Source of the DNA: Rhizophagus irregularis
Lineage: Eukaryota
NCBI RefSeq assembly: GCF_026210795.1
Contig: NC_089432.1
Coordinates: 4,588,001-4,652,000 of the forward strand
Direction: 5' to 3'
Length of the DNA stretch: 64,000 bases
Below the pieces are notes generated by a model, which was given only the letters and a program-made list of their open reading frames with translations, was not told the origin of the DNA and ran no database searches. The translations under genes were made by a program, and so were the position numbers. Positions within the stretch are counted from its first letter, which is position 1; each line of letters starts with the position of its first letter. Below are positions 27,901 through 40,515 of the stretch, one piece after another.

Positions 27901-29282
27901 CTAATAATTAAACAACAAATTTAACATGTAAGTACTATTGCACAAAAGAAACAACAAACAATATAGACAAAATTAATAGTATAGGAGTATAGATTTAAAT
28001 TTTAGAAATTCCTTTAAATAATAAGGAATATTAGAAAGATTTTGGTTATGATAGATAACAATAATGAAAAATCTTTAATAAATTTAATAAAACATCAATA
28101 ACATCAAAGGAGTATATACAAGGATCAATTTACAGACTAAATAGTAAATAAACCGATCATTTTTATGCTCGATTAGTAAAGTTATTGAAAAATGTGGGAT
28201 TTTAGAAATAGTTAAGAAAGAAAAATTATAAATTATGGTCTAACAAAATCAGTAAAAAAAAAAAATTTTTTATGCAAAATTTCACACAAAAATGGACAAG
28301 AAAGAATTCTATATTAGAAATAAAATTTTGAATATATTTATTATATTACATATATGATCAATTCTCAAAACTAATAGGATCGATGTGAGAATGGGATAGC
28401 GAATTCTCAACATTGGAAATCATTATCCTAACTACTAATTAGTCGATAAATCGATTTTTAAAAAAAAAATTAGCAATACAACTATAATTATATAAACAAT
28501 CCCACAATTGCTATCTAAAAATAAAGATAAATATTCTTTACTTTGAATAAATTTTTTAGTGTGAATTTAAATTTTTAAAAAAATTTGTTTTGTTTACATA
28601 AAATCCTTTATGTTTTCTATTTTTATGTTGATCCCATATTTTGCAATCAGACCCTTCTAAAATTCAATTTAGTAAAGGCTAGATAATAGGCAATAAGTTT
28701 AAGCACAGCGCAGTACTATAATGAGCCATAATTATAAATGAGCCATAATTATGAACCATAATTATAAATCAGCATCAATAATATAAACTGACCAAAGAGA
28801 AATTTGTTTACATGCATGGCATAAAATGGAGATTAATATATAAAGCATTTTCACGTTATTTAAAGAAAAAATAATGTTAACTTACAGCTGACTGTTTAAA
28901 ATTATCATTCTCACTTACCATATCACCCTTAACTGCTTAGTTTGCATTTTTAATCGATGAAGCTTTGAATGTAATCAAGGCAACGAATACAATACAATAA
29001 CATAATTTCCTATCCTTGCTCCCGTCACGTTATTTATATTTATACATTAAATTTGGGAGTGAGAAATCACCCAAATGAGTAACAAATTTAATTCCATTTT
29101 TACATATTTAGCGATAGTATGCTTTTGGATGATAAATTTCTGACGATCATCTTCCATATTTATTCACTTTTTCGCTCAATATGGAATTTGTTATGCGATC
29201 TTCATACATTTTTTCATAGTTTCAGAAATGCACAACGTGAACTTTAATTGTTCAATTTTATATAGCTATGTTTTATAGTTAT

Positions 29283-29354
29283 ATAGCAATAGCAATTGCT
29301 ATTGCTATTGCTATTGCTATTGCTATTGCTATTGCTATATAGCTATAGCTATAG
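29283..29354. repeat. (ATTGCT)n microsatellite with inverted arm
   Basis: atagcaatagcaa-ttgctattgctat... forms a palindrome running into a hexamer repeat. Confidence 0.8.
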
Positions 29355-30119
29355 ACACTAAATAGCAAAAAATATTGCTTTTACCAAATTGCTTCTTTTG
29401 ATATCATTAGAATAAAATTACAAATTAAGCATTCCTGTGCCACTTTCATTGCATGTTTAATTTAGTCATCAAATAATAGGATTTCACATCAAATTTGATT
29501 TAGATGATCTTCAAAGAAATAAAGCTACGAATATTTTTTTTTCTAAGCTAAAAAAAAAACCCCAAAATATTGTGTTACATCTTTTTTTTTTTGCAGGAAA
29601 AAAAAATTGGTTGGATAAAAAAAATATTGCGTCATAAATAGATCTTGGATTTTTTTAAAAAAAATCATTTTTCTTTCTTTTTTTAGAAAGAAACATCATT
29701 TTTTTTGATTATCATTATCCAATTACAATACTTATCATTATTTAACTCCCTTTTTTTTCATTTTACTAAAAAAAAAAAAAATTTTTTCTTGGAAGGAAAC
29801 ATTTTTATTAATATTTCCTTTTATTTTGTTATGTTCAAACAAGTTTGGATAGGTGGAAAGGTGAATTTTGTAATAGTTTACTTTGTTACGAAACTTAGTA
29901 TTTTTTATTAGAGAAATTTCTAGAAAAAATTAATTTTTTAATTTTTTTATTTTTTTGTAGGGTATTTGACTCTAATAAAAATTATATAAACTTTTTAAAA
30001 ATAAAAACATTAACGTTTTTTTCTTTTTTTGTAAAGAAATCAACTGGATATTGGAATCTCAATAAGTTTCAAAATTTGAAACTTTTAAAAAAAAATGATG
30101 TTTTTCTTTATTTTTGTAG

Positions 30120-33100
30120 AGAAATTGGTTCCGATTTGGATACCAGATCTCCAATAAGTAAGTTTCGATTTGAAACTTTTAAAAAAAAATATTTTTTTTT
30201 TTTAATTTTTTTTTCTTCTATTTTGTAGATTTTGGCTCCGCGTTGGATATATGGGTGAGTTTTGAGGTGAAAGCTTCAAAAAAAAATTATTTTTAATTGT
30301 TTTGGCTTCCAGTTCCTAAGTATTGAATATAATCAATATATAGATGATAACTATGAAATTTTTTTAAAAAATTATTTAATTTTTTTTTCTTCTACTTTGT
30401 AGGTTTCAGCTTCTAGTTCTTGGACGTTAGATGGGTAAGTTTTGACTTCGGAACTTAAAAAAATTTTTTTTAATTTACTTATATTTTTTATTTATTTTGT
30501 AGGTTCAGCTTTTAGTTTTTGAACTTTGAGTATATAGGTGAGTTTTAGAACGAAAGAATTGAACCTTTTTTTTAAAAAAAAAATTTTTTTTTAATTTTTT
30601 TTTCCCTCTATTTTCTCTATTTTGTAGATCTTGGCTTTTGGTTCTTGGGTGTTAAGTATATAGATGAGTTTCAGAGTGAAAGAATCGAAGCTTTTTTTTT
30701 AAAAAAAAAATCAAATTTTTTTAAATTTTTTTCTTCTATTTTTGGCTTTTGGTTCTTAGGTGTTGAATATATAGGTGAGTTTCGGAGTGAAAGAGATGAA
30801 ACTTTTTTAAAATAAATTATTTATTTTGATTTTTTTTTTCTTCTATTTTGTAGGTTTGACTTTCGATTCTTGAGTGTTGAATATATAGGTGAGTTTCAGA
30901 GTGAAAGAGACGAAATTATTTTAAAATAAATTATTTATTTTGATTGTTTTTTTCTTCTATTTTGTAGGTTTGGCTTTCGGTTCTTGGGTGTTGAATATAT
31001 AGGTGAGTTTCGAAGCAAAAGAGCCAAAACTTTTTTAAAATAAATTATTTATTTTGATTTTTTTTTTCTTCTATTTTGTAGGTTCGGCTTTCAGTTCCTG
31101 GTATTGAATATATAGGTGAGTTTCAGAGTGAAAAAGCCGAAACTTTTTTTAAAATAAATTATTTATTTTGATTTTTTTTCTTCTATTTTGTAGATTTTGG
31201 CTATCAGTTCTCGGGCGTTTGATATTGGTGAGTTTTGAAGCGAAACCTTCAAAACTTTTTAAAAATAAATTATTTATTTTGATTTTTTTTTTCTTCTATT
31301 TTGTAGATTTCGGCTATCAGTTCTTGGGCGTTTGATATTGGTGAGTTTTGAAGCGAAACCTTCAAAACTTTTTAAAAATAAATTATTTATTTTAATTTTT
31401 TTTTTCTTCTATTTTGTAGGTTCAGCTTTCGGTTCTTGGTGTTAAATATATAGGTGAGTTTCAGAGTGAAAGAGCCGAAACTTTTTTTAAAATAAATTAT
31501 TTATTTTGATTTTTTTTTCTTCTATTTTGTAGATTTCGGCTATCAGTTTTTGGGCGTTTGATATTGGTGAGTTTTGAAGCGAAACCTTTGAAATTTTTTT
31601 AAAAAAAAATTTTTTAATTTACTTATTTTTTTTTTATTTTGTAGGTTTCGACTTTCGGTTCTTGGACGTTTGTTATTGGTGAGTTTCGAAGTGAAAAAGC
31701 CAAAACTTTTTTTAAAATAAATTAATTTATTTTAATTTTTTTTTCTTCTATTTTGTAGATTTCAGCTTTTGGTTCTTGGATGTTTGATATATAGGTGAGT
31801 TTTGGAGCGAAAGAGCCAAAATTTTTATTAAAATAAATTAATTTTTAATTTTTTTTTTCTTCTATTTTGTAGGTTTCGACTTTTGGTTCTTGGATGTTTG
31901 TTATTGGTGAGTTTCAAAGCGAAAAAGCCAAAACTTTTTTTAAAATAAATTAATTTTTTTTAATTTTTTTTTTCTTCTATTTTGTAGATTTCAGCTTTTG
32001 GTTCCTGGTGTTAAATATATAGGTGAGTTTCAGAACGAAAGAGCCAAAACTTTTTTTAAAATAAATTATTTATTTTGATTTTTTTTTCTTCTATTTTGTA
32101 GATTTCGGCTGGTGTTTGATATAGGTGAGTTTTGAAGCGAAACCTTTGAAATTTTTTAAAAAAAAAATTTTTTTTAATTTACTTATTTTTTTTTTATTTT
32201 GTAGGTTTCGACTTTCAGTTCTTGGACGTTTGTTATTGGTGAGTTTCGAAGCGAAAAAGCCAAAACTTTTTTTAAAATAAATTAATTTATTTTAATTTTT
32301 TTTTTCTTCTATTTTGTAGATTTCAGCTTTCGGTTCTTGGATGTTTGATATATAGGTGAGTTTTGAAGCGAAAGAGCCAAAATTTTTATTAAAATAAATT
32401 AATTTTAATTTTTTTTTTCTTCTATTTTGTAGGTTTCAGCTTTCGGTTCTTGGAAGTTTGATATATAAGTAAGTTTCAAAGCGAACGAGCTGAAACTTTT
32501 TTTAAAATAAATTATTTTAATTTTTTTTTCTTCTATTTTGTAGATTTCGGCTTTCAGTGAGTTTCAAAGCAAAAACTTTGAAAGTTTTTTTAAAAAAGTT
32601 TTTTAATTTACTTACTTTTTTTTATTTTGTAGATTTCAGCTTTTGGTTTAGATATATAGGTGAGTATCGGAATGAAAGAGCTGAAACTTTTTTTAAAATA
32701 AATTATTTATTTAATTTTTTTTTTCTTCTATTTTTGTAGATTTCAGCTTTCAGTTCTTATGCGTTTGATTTAAAGGTAAATTTCAAAGTTTTGTTTTCTT
32801 TTCAAAACTTTAAAAATTTTTTTTAATTTTATTTATTTGTTTTTTTATTTTGTAGTTATCGGTTGTAATATCCTTGGGCTTTGGATAGGTGAGTATTGAA
32901 GTTTTGCTTTCTTTTTGAAACTTTAAAAAAGATTTTTAATTTTATTTTATTTTATTTTATTTTATAGGTAATGGCTGCGACATCTCATTGGGCTTTGGAT
33001 CGGTAAGTTTCATTTTCTTTTCAAAACTTTTTTAATAAAAATTATTTTTTAAAATTTTCTTTTATTCTGTAGGTTTCGACTGCAATATCTCCTTAAACTT

Positions 33101-33480
33101 TGGGTCAGTGAGTTTCAAAGTTTCGTTTTTTTCAAACTTTCAGAAAAATTTATAATTTTATTTATTTTTTTTATTTTGTAGGTATCGGTTGTGATATCTT
33201 TGGGCATTGAAATGGTAAGTTTTGAAGCAAATACTTCAAAACTTCTTAATAAAAATTGTTTTTTAATTTGACTCTTTCTTTATTTTGTAGGTTTCAGCTG
33301 CGATATCTTTGGATCTGTGAGATTCAAAGAATGCTCCAGAATTTTCTTTTTAAGGAAATTGACTCCGATTTGGATACCATAAGTAAGTTTTGATTCAAAA
33401 CTTTAAAAAAAACTTTATTTTTATTATTTTTAATGTTACTTTTTCTTTTTGTAGGGAAATCGGCACCTGAATCCCAATAG
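30120..33480 (+). repeat. Tandem array of ~30 intron/short-exon units (~110-115-bp period)
   Basis: Recurring TTTTGTAG | 13-36 nt (mostly 33-36) | GTGAGT/GTAAGT. Confidence 0.85.
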
Positions 33481-33844
33481 TAGATCTTTTATAAATAATG
33501 CACGATTTTTATAGGACTTTAGCTTCTATGGAATTTCTTATCTTTATTTGTTGTCTGTTGGAATCGAACCAACTGGAACCAATATCCAAACCATTAACAA
33601 CATGTAAATTTTTAGTAAAGGTGGAATTTTAATTATTAGCATACAGTAAATTATTATTTTTTTTTTGTAAATACTTTTAATAAATGCTTTTAATAAATAT
33701 GATAATGTTAGTTGTCACTTATCATTAAATAATTTGAATCAAAAAAAAAAAAAAATTAAATTTTTTTTGTTAGAGCATTTTATAAACGCCAGTAAAATGC
33801 AATTTGATTTGATATTGACATTTCAATACACAAAATTAAACAAT

Positions 33845-33879
33845 GGGGGACGAAGTCCCCCGCAAAACGCAATTTCTAG
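33845..33879 (+). mobile_element. Helitron-type 3' terminus
   Basis: Perfect hairpin gggggac-gaa-gtccccc (33845-33861), then CTAG (33876-33879) followed by T. Confidence 0.75.
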
Positions 33880-33884
33880 TTTAA

Positions 33885-35630
33885 TATATAATATCTACGT
33901 ATAATTTTAACTAACTCAATTCTTCATTTAAAAATTATTTCATAATATAGGATGTAAGTAATTTATTTAATTCTGTTATTTCATTTTTATATAAATTTAC
34001 ATATAATTTAAACTAACTAAATCTTATTTAAAAAATTGTTAATGATATAGGGGGTAAGTTAGTTATTTAATTCCATTATTATATATAAATAAATTTAAAC
34101 TAACTAAATTCTTTATTTAAAAATTATTTAATAATATAGAGCGTAAGTTATTTATTTGATTCTATTATTACAGATTTATATGATATTTAAATATAACTTA
34201 AACTCACAAATTCTTTATTGGAAAAATTATTTAATAATATAGGGGGTAGTTATTTATTATTTATTTAATTCTATTATTACATATTTATATAATACATATT
34301 TACATATAACTTAAACTAACTAAAATTCTTTATTCTAAAAAAAACTTTTAATAATAGTATATAGACTATAGAGTGTAAGTTATTTATTTAATTCTATTAT
34401 ATATTTATATAATATTTGCATAACAATTTAAGCTATCTAAATTTGTTATTTAAAAAATTATTTTTGCAATTTCTTTCAGTTGGTAAGTTATAAGTTATTT
34501 ATTCAATTCTATTATTACATATTTGTATAATATTTACATATAACTTAACTAATTCAATTCTGTATATTAAATAACATAGAACATAAGTTATTTAATTCAG
34601 TCTTTATTTATATATTTATATAATATTTATATATAATTTAACCAAACTAAATTAATTAATTATTTAATAATAGGAGGTAAAGCTATCTATTTAAATTTAC
34701 TATTATATAAATTATGTAGTAATTTAAACTAATTAAATTCTTTATTCAAAAAATTATTTAATAATATAGAGAGTAAGTTATTTATTTAGTTATATATTTA
34801 CATGATATTTACAATAATTTACATATAATTTGAACTAAATAAATTCTTTATTTAACAGTTAGTAAGTTATAAGTTATTTATTCAGAATCTATTATTATTA
34901 TTACATATTTAAATAGCTAAATTCTTTATTTGAATAATTATTTAATCATTTATTTAATTCTATTATTACATATTTACATAACATCTACATTAATTTAAAC
35001 TAACTTCTTTATTTAAAAATTATTTAATAATATACTAGAGAGTAAGTTATTATTTAATTCTGTCATTACATATCTATATGCATAATTTAAATAACTAAAT
35101 TCTTTATTTAAAAAATTATTTTGTATTCACTTTTAGTTGGTAAGTTATAAAGTTATCTATTTTAATTCAATATTTACATATAATTTAATTTAAACTAACT
35201 AAATTCTTTATTTAAAATATTATTTAATAATATAGGGCGTAAGTTATTTAATTAATTCTATTATATAATATTTACATATAATTTAAAACTAATTAAAACC
35301 TTTATTAAATAATTATTTAATAATATAGGACGTAAGTTATTTAATTCTATTATTACATATTTATATAATATTTACATATAATTTAACTAACTAAATTCTT
35401 TATGTATAAAATTATTAATGATATAGGTCGTAAGTTATTTATTTATTGCACATTATAATATTTGTATATGATTTGAACTAACTAAATTCTTTATTTAAAA
35501 AATTATTTTGTAATTTCTTTTAGTTGGTAAGTTATAAGTTATTTATTTAATTCTATTATTATCACATATTTATATAATATTTACATATAATTTAAATTAA
35601 TTAAATTCTTTATTTAAAAAATTTATTTGT
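33885..35630 (+). repeat. Tandem array of AT-rich introns separated by 3-nt micro-exons
   Basis: Unit of ~90-130 bp: ACTAAC-like branch point ... YAG | NNN | GTAAGT; 16 occurrences. Confidence 0.85.
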
Positions 35631-35708
35631 TGTTTTATCATCATATATTTTATATAATATTTATTTGCTAACTGAATTTTTTCATTTGAAAAATATCTAT
35701 TACATTTT

Positions 35709-35907
35709 CCCTATAAAAAATTTTTATCCGAATATTTCCATTATTTCTCTGTGTCTTCCGTAAAAATTCCGTGAAAATGATACATTCACGGATATCCGTG
35801 TTAGCGAGATGAAAATTTCCATGATTTAAGGCTATAAATTCCATGAAAATGATACATTCACGGAAAAAACATGGAAAGATAAAACACGGATCAGATTTTT
35901 TACAGGG
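35709..35907. mobile_element. Small TIR element (unclassified MITE)
   Basis: ccctataaaaaa / ttttttacaggg termini with T-tracts on both flanks; internal repeat of gaaaatgatacattcacgga. Confidence 0.65.
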
Positions 35908-36077
35908 TTTAGTTGTAAGTTTGTGAATAATATATAGGTTATTACATGTATTTATACAAAAAACTAAGACTTGCATTAATATTAAATTCCTATTTAAATT
36001 TTAGAATTTTAATTTTAAACTTTATTGTAATTTATAATAAAAACTTTATTAATAATTTTAATCATTTAAATTAACAG

Positions 36078-37264
36078 AAGAAGGAGTGGAAATGCAATTC
36101 TGGATGAATTTATCTTTAAAAAGGATTTAAAATGGATTTCTTATAATCAATTTATTAATGTTGAATATCTTAATCAAGGAGGATTTGGTATTATATACAA
36201 AGCTATTTGGTTAAATGATTATAAGGATGAAGAAGTAATTCTTAAATGTCATGATAAGTTAAATGAAAATTTAAATGAATTTTTACATGAAGTATGATAT
36301 TAACATATTAGTATATTATTTTTTTTTTAATAATTATTTATACTGATTGATTATTATTTTTTTTTTTATAGTGGAAATACCATGAAAGATGTTTAGATTC
36401 AAATAATATCATTAATTTTTATAAATTTACAAAAAATCCAGATAATTTAAAATATATGGTAGTAATGGATTATGCAAACAAAGGTAATTTAAGAGAAAAT
36501 TTAGCAAGAATAATCAAAAATAATTGGAAACAAAAATTATATATGTTGTATGAGATTATTTCTGGACTTAATGAGATACATCAGCAAGATCTTATTCATT
36601 GTGATTTTCATGATGGTAATATTTTAAGTCATAATGATAGGAATGAGGATAAAATTTATATTAGTGATTTGGGATTATGTCAACCTGCAAAATCATTTTT
36701 AAAAGAGTACGTTATTTTTGGTGTTATACCATTTATGGCACCTGAAATTTTAAGAGGCAAAGCTTATACTCCTGCTAGTGATATATATAGTTTTTCTATG
36801 ATTATGTGAGAACTTACAGGATACCACCATTTAATAACAGGGCACATGATATTCAACTTAGTTTAAGTATTTGTAAGGGTGAACGTCCTGAAATTATTGA
36901 AAATACTCCACAATGTTATGTAGATTTGATGAAAAAATGTTGGAATGAAGATCCATTAAAAAGGCCATCATCTGAAAAAGTCTTAGATATTATTAAGAAA
37001 TGGATTTATCTTCCTTATGAAATGAAATTTGAAGATATTGATGAGAACTTAAAATGCAGTGTTATGGAATTTATAAATACACCAATTAAGCATAACACTC
37101 TTGTTACTGAATCTCATTCGCAAGCATGTTATACAAGTCGCTTACTTGATTTTAGTAGTAAAAACTTAAATGAAATTCTTGAAAATGAAGATTTACAAGC
37201 TAGTATGAAAGTGAATGAAATGCTAGTAAGCGAAGATTTAAATAATTGTATAATTAAGATTTGA
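36078..37264 (+). pseudogene. Protein kinase with premature stop and frameshift
   Basis: Exon 36078-36291 (SGNAILDEFI, QGGFG, VILK); exon from 36372 (HCDFHDGN, DLG, APE, DIYS). TGA at 36807-36809 where Trp is expected, followed by a frameshift. Confidence 0.8.
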
Positions 37265-38672
37265 AATCATTAGGTATGTAATATAGTATATAAAAAACTA
37301 ATCTTGTAAGTTAGTGTTTATGTGAATTAATTTTATTTAATTTAGATATTAAAACAAGATGAAAATTAACTAATTATTTGTAAAAGATTTATAATTTTTG
37401 ATAGCCAACAAAAAATTGTTCTTTATTTATAGTAAAATATTTAAAAAGATTCTTAGTTTGTAATTTAAATAATTCCTTTTTTTTTATATGTTTTATCTAA
37501 ATATTAAATGTGATTTTTTTTTTTAGAATTATTTAAACACTAAGGCTAGAGTAGTAAATATTTTACAAATTTCTTAGTTTGTAATTTATATAAATCTTTT
37601 TTTTTTTTTATAATTTTTCCAATTATTAAATATAAATTATCAAGAATAGTATAAGTATATAAAACCATTTCCAATGTATATATCAGCTGATCAATTATCC
37701 AATCATTAATTGTCAAATAAAAAAATTCTACACTAACCGTATAAATCTATTAGAGCGCAATAAAAAAACTGTTAATAAATATAATATAGTACAATAAAAA
37801 AAAACCAATATTGGATATTTCTCACCCACACTTTCCTTAAACAGTTTTTTTTAAACTAATACATATTTGAAAAATTTTGGATTAATTGGATTTTTGTATC
37901 TTTAAGTAAATTTCAATTAATCTTATAAACCAAAATTGTTATCTAACTTTTTAATTTAGAAGTAGGACATTAATATAATAATGTATATCTTTTTATCAAA
38001 TAACTTTATTCATTAACTAATTTTATTCATATGACATACAAAAGAATTTTAGGAATTCATTGTGAAATGTACTTAAATAGCATTGATTTATTTAATTTCA
38101 TAAGGAAGGTAACAATTTTTTTGGAATCTGATATGGACTAATGCACTTTAATAATATAGAAATAATAGAAATAATTGAGCTATTCTTTAACTACTAAAAA
38201 ATTATTTCCTCTGATTACTAAGTTCCAACAAGTCGCAGCATTTGCTAATATTGAAATACCTTAAAAAAAGTCAAAATGACGTTATTTAGGCCATCTATCA
38301 GAACTTTCTGTAAAAAAAAAAATTATTCATATTTTCAAACAATTGTATTATGCAAATAAGATTACAAAGATATTATAGGATACTTGTGGATACTGATGCT
38401 ATCATAATGATGCCACAGTTTACGAAAAGTCTATTTTATTGATCATGATCATATGATTTTTCCATTAGAATAATGATCATAGTTTTGCAAAAATTACATA
38501 ATTTTCATAGTGTGAAACAGTAATTTAAATATTTCCAATAATATAAATATTTAAAATTTACTTAATCAAACTTGAATTTATATTATAGGGGTTACCAACT
38601 ATAATGCTTGCCGTACCTATTGTAAGAAGGACGGCAAATTCATTGGAGAATGGTCACCTACCACTACGCCTA

Positions 38673-39075
38673 AGCCCGATCGTGAACCATGCAGTGCGCG
38701 CCATCCCTTCATACTTACCATACATAGTGTCTTTTCTTCATGAACGTTCCCTACAAATTAAAAAAGAGATTAGTTACAAAAATAACTAAGTAATATTCCG
38801 TTCAGGCTGTAACCTTGGATGCAATTGGGAAGAAACTAGCCCGATCGTGAACCCTGCAGTGCGCACCATCCCTTCATATTTACCATACATAGTGTCTTTT
38901 CTTCTTATTTTTCCTTGAGCGTTCTCTATAAATTTTAAAGAATTAAAAGAGATTAGTTACAAAAATAACTAAGTAAGACTCCGTTCAGGCTGTAACCTTG
39001 GATGCAATTGGGAAGAAACTAGCCCGATCGTGAACCCTGCAGTGCGCACCATCCCTTTGTACTTACCATACATAG
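38673..39075 (-). repeat. Three tandem units (165 and 183 bp spacing) with a GC-rich core, arranged as intron/exon units on the minus strand
   Basis: agcccgatcgtgaacc at 38673, 38838 and 39021; minus-strand ATG|GTAAGT donors and ACTAAT...TAG acceptors. Confidence 0.7.
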
Positions 39076-40515
39076 TGGCTTCTCTAATCTTTCTTCTATG
39101 TTCGATAGCCCTTGCCCGCATTTGAATATCTTATTTGCTTGACTTAAAAATGATTTCTTATTATGATATTCAAGGTCGTTCCTCCACCTATTTTTCTGAT
39201 GAAACTATCGTCAGAGCGATAGACGATCCTAAACTTCCACAGAGGTGCTCATTACACTCTTTTGTGAGTCACCATCTACACTTTTTAAACATTTCAACAA
39301 CATTTCCGCAGCCGCTAACTGGGTTCGCCCTCCTACCTCTCAACCATCCTTCACCTCCGAATTCCCTTCATCCTCATTTAACATCCTTCCTAAGTTACCT
39401 CCTATGATACATGTTCCTCTCGACTGTCATGCCTAATACCTATGCATATCGTCAATACTATAACTTGGAACCGCGTACAGCAAAAAATCCAAAAATATGT
39501 AAAATAAAATATTGCTTGCTCTTGGCCAGTTGTTAACTTACAACCGTTTCTCCTGAACACCACGTAGAGGTGGCAAGCTTCGTTCAGGGAAAAAAGAAAC
39601 CACTTACCCGTAATTTTATACAACCAGTTTATAATTAATAGGATTAAAAAAAATAATAATAATATTTGGGTTGTTAAGAATAAAAATTGAGCAGAGACGT
39701 TCGGACATATAGATATATAATATATAACATTCCCAACTTGACAAATTCTATATGTAAACTGTGTTTTTTTAGTTATGTTCTGGCCCCAGATTCAACTACT
39801 TATGCACACATGCATTAAAAACAATAAAGAAAATTATAAAAGAAAATTATTTACGTAAAAATCAAAACAAATAAAACAAATAATGCACATGTGCATCAGA
39901 ACAAGAAAGAAATTATTTTTGTAAAATCAAAAATAAGCTTTCTCATCCCCCCATCTAATTATTTGGTTTACATATATACACAATACGTACTATGTACATA
40001 CATACATAAAATACGTACGTATATATACGTAATGTGGGAAAGTCGATCGAGCAATAAACACAGGTTTCTCTACTCAACTTTATTAACAATTTGTTTAAGT
40101 ATGGCTTTAACTTTTTAAAGTGTTTAACGTGGAGTTATTCGTACCTACGGTTTAAAATGAGTCGTGGAGTTGGTTGTACCTTACCTATTACCATACTTAA
40201 CAAGAAAATAAAAATAAAAGAAAAAGAAAAGCGAGAAGGAATAAAAAGGAGAAAGGAGTTAAAGCGAATAAAAAGATAAAAGTGGCTATTTTATATATTT
40301 TAATCATGTATTACTTAACCATGATGAGTCATGTTATAAACATGTGAACTATGTAGTATAATTAATCGTAAACATGTGTTTGCAATAATTTCTCACGTAA
40401 CCTTGTATATTGATGACGTCAAATTTAATATACTATTTCAGTATTTATTGTGGGCGTGTATCATTACATCATTAACACGATTTCCGCGTAACTTAAATTA
40501 TTTCAAAAATAACAT

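Noticed and set aside
25300..29200. Search for genes or the upstream continuation of the 3-nt exon array
   Set aside because: No convincing ORF, RNA gene or repeat unit found by eye in this very AT-rich stretch.
30200..33300. CRISPR-like repeat/spacer look of the ~34-nt variable segments
   Set aside because: The variable segments are homologous to each other and bounded by AG/GT splice signals; the constant part is intron-like.
38640..38710. Twister or hammerhead ribozyme (cctaagccc resembles a twister core)
   Set aside because: I could not assemble the required flanking core residues and pairings by eye.
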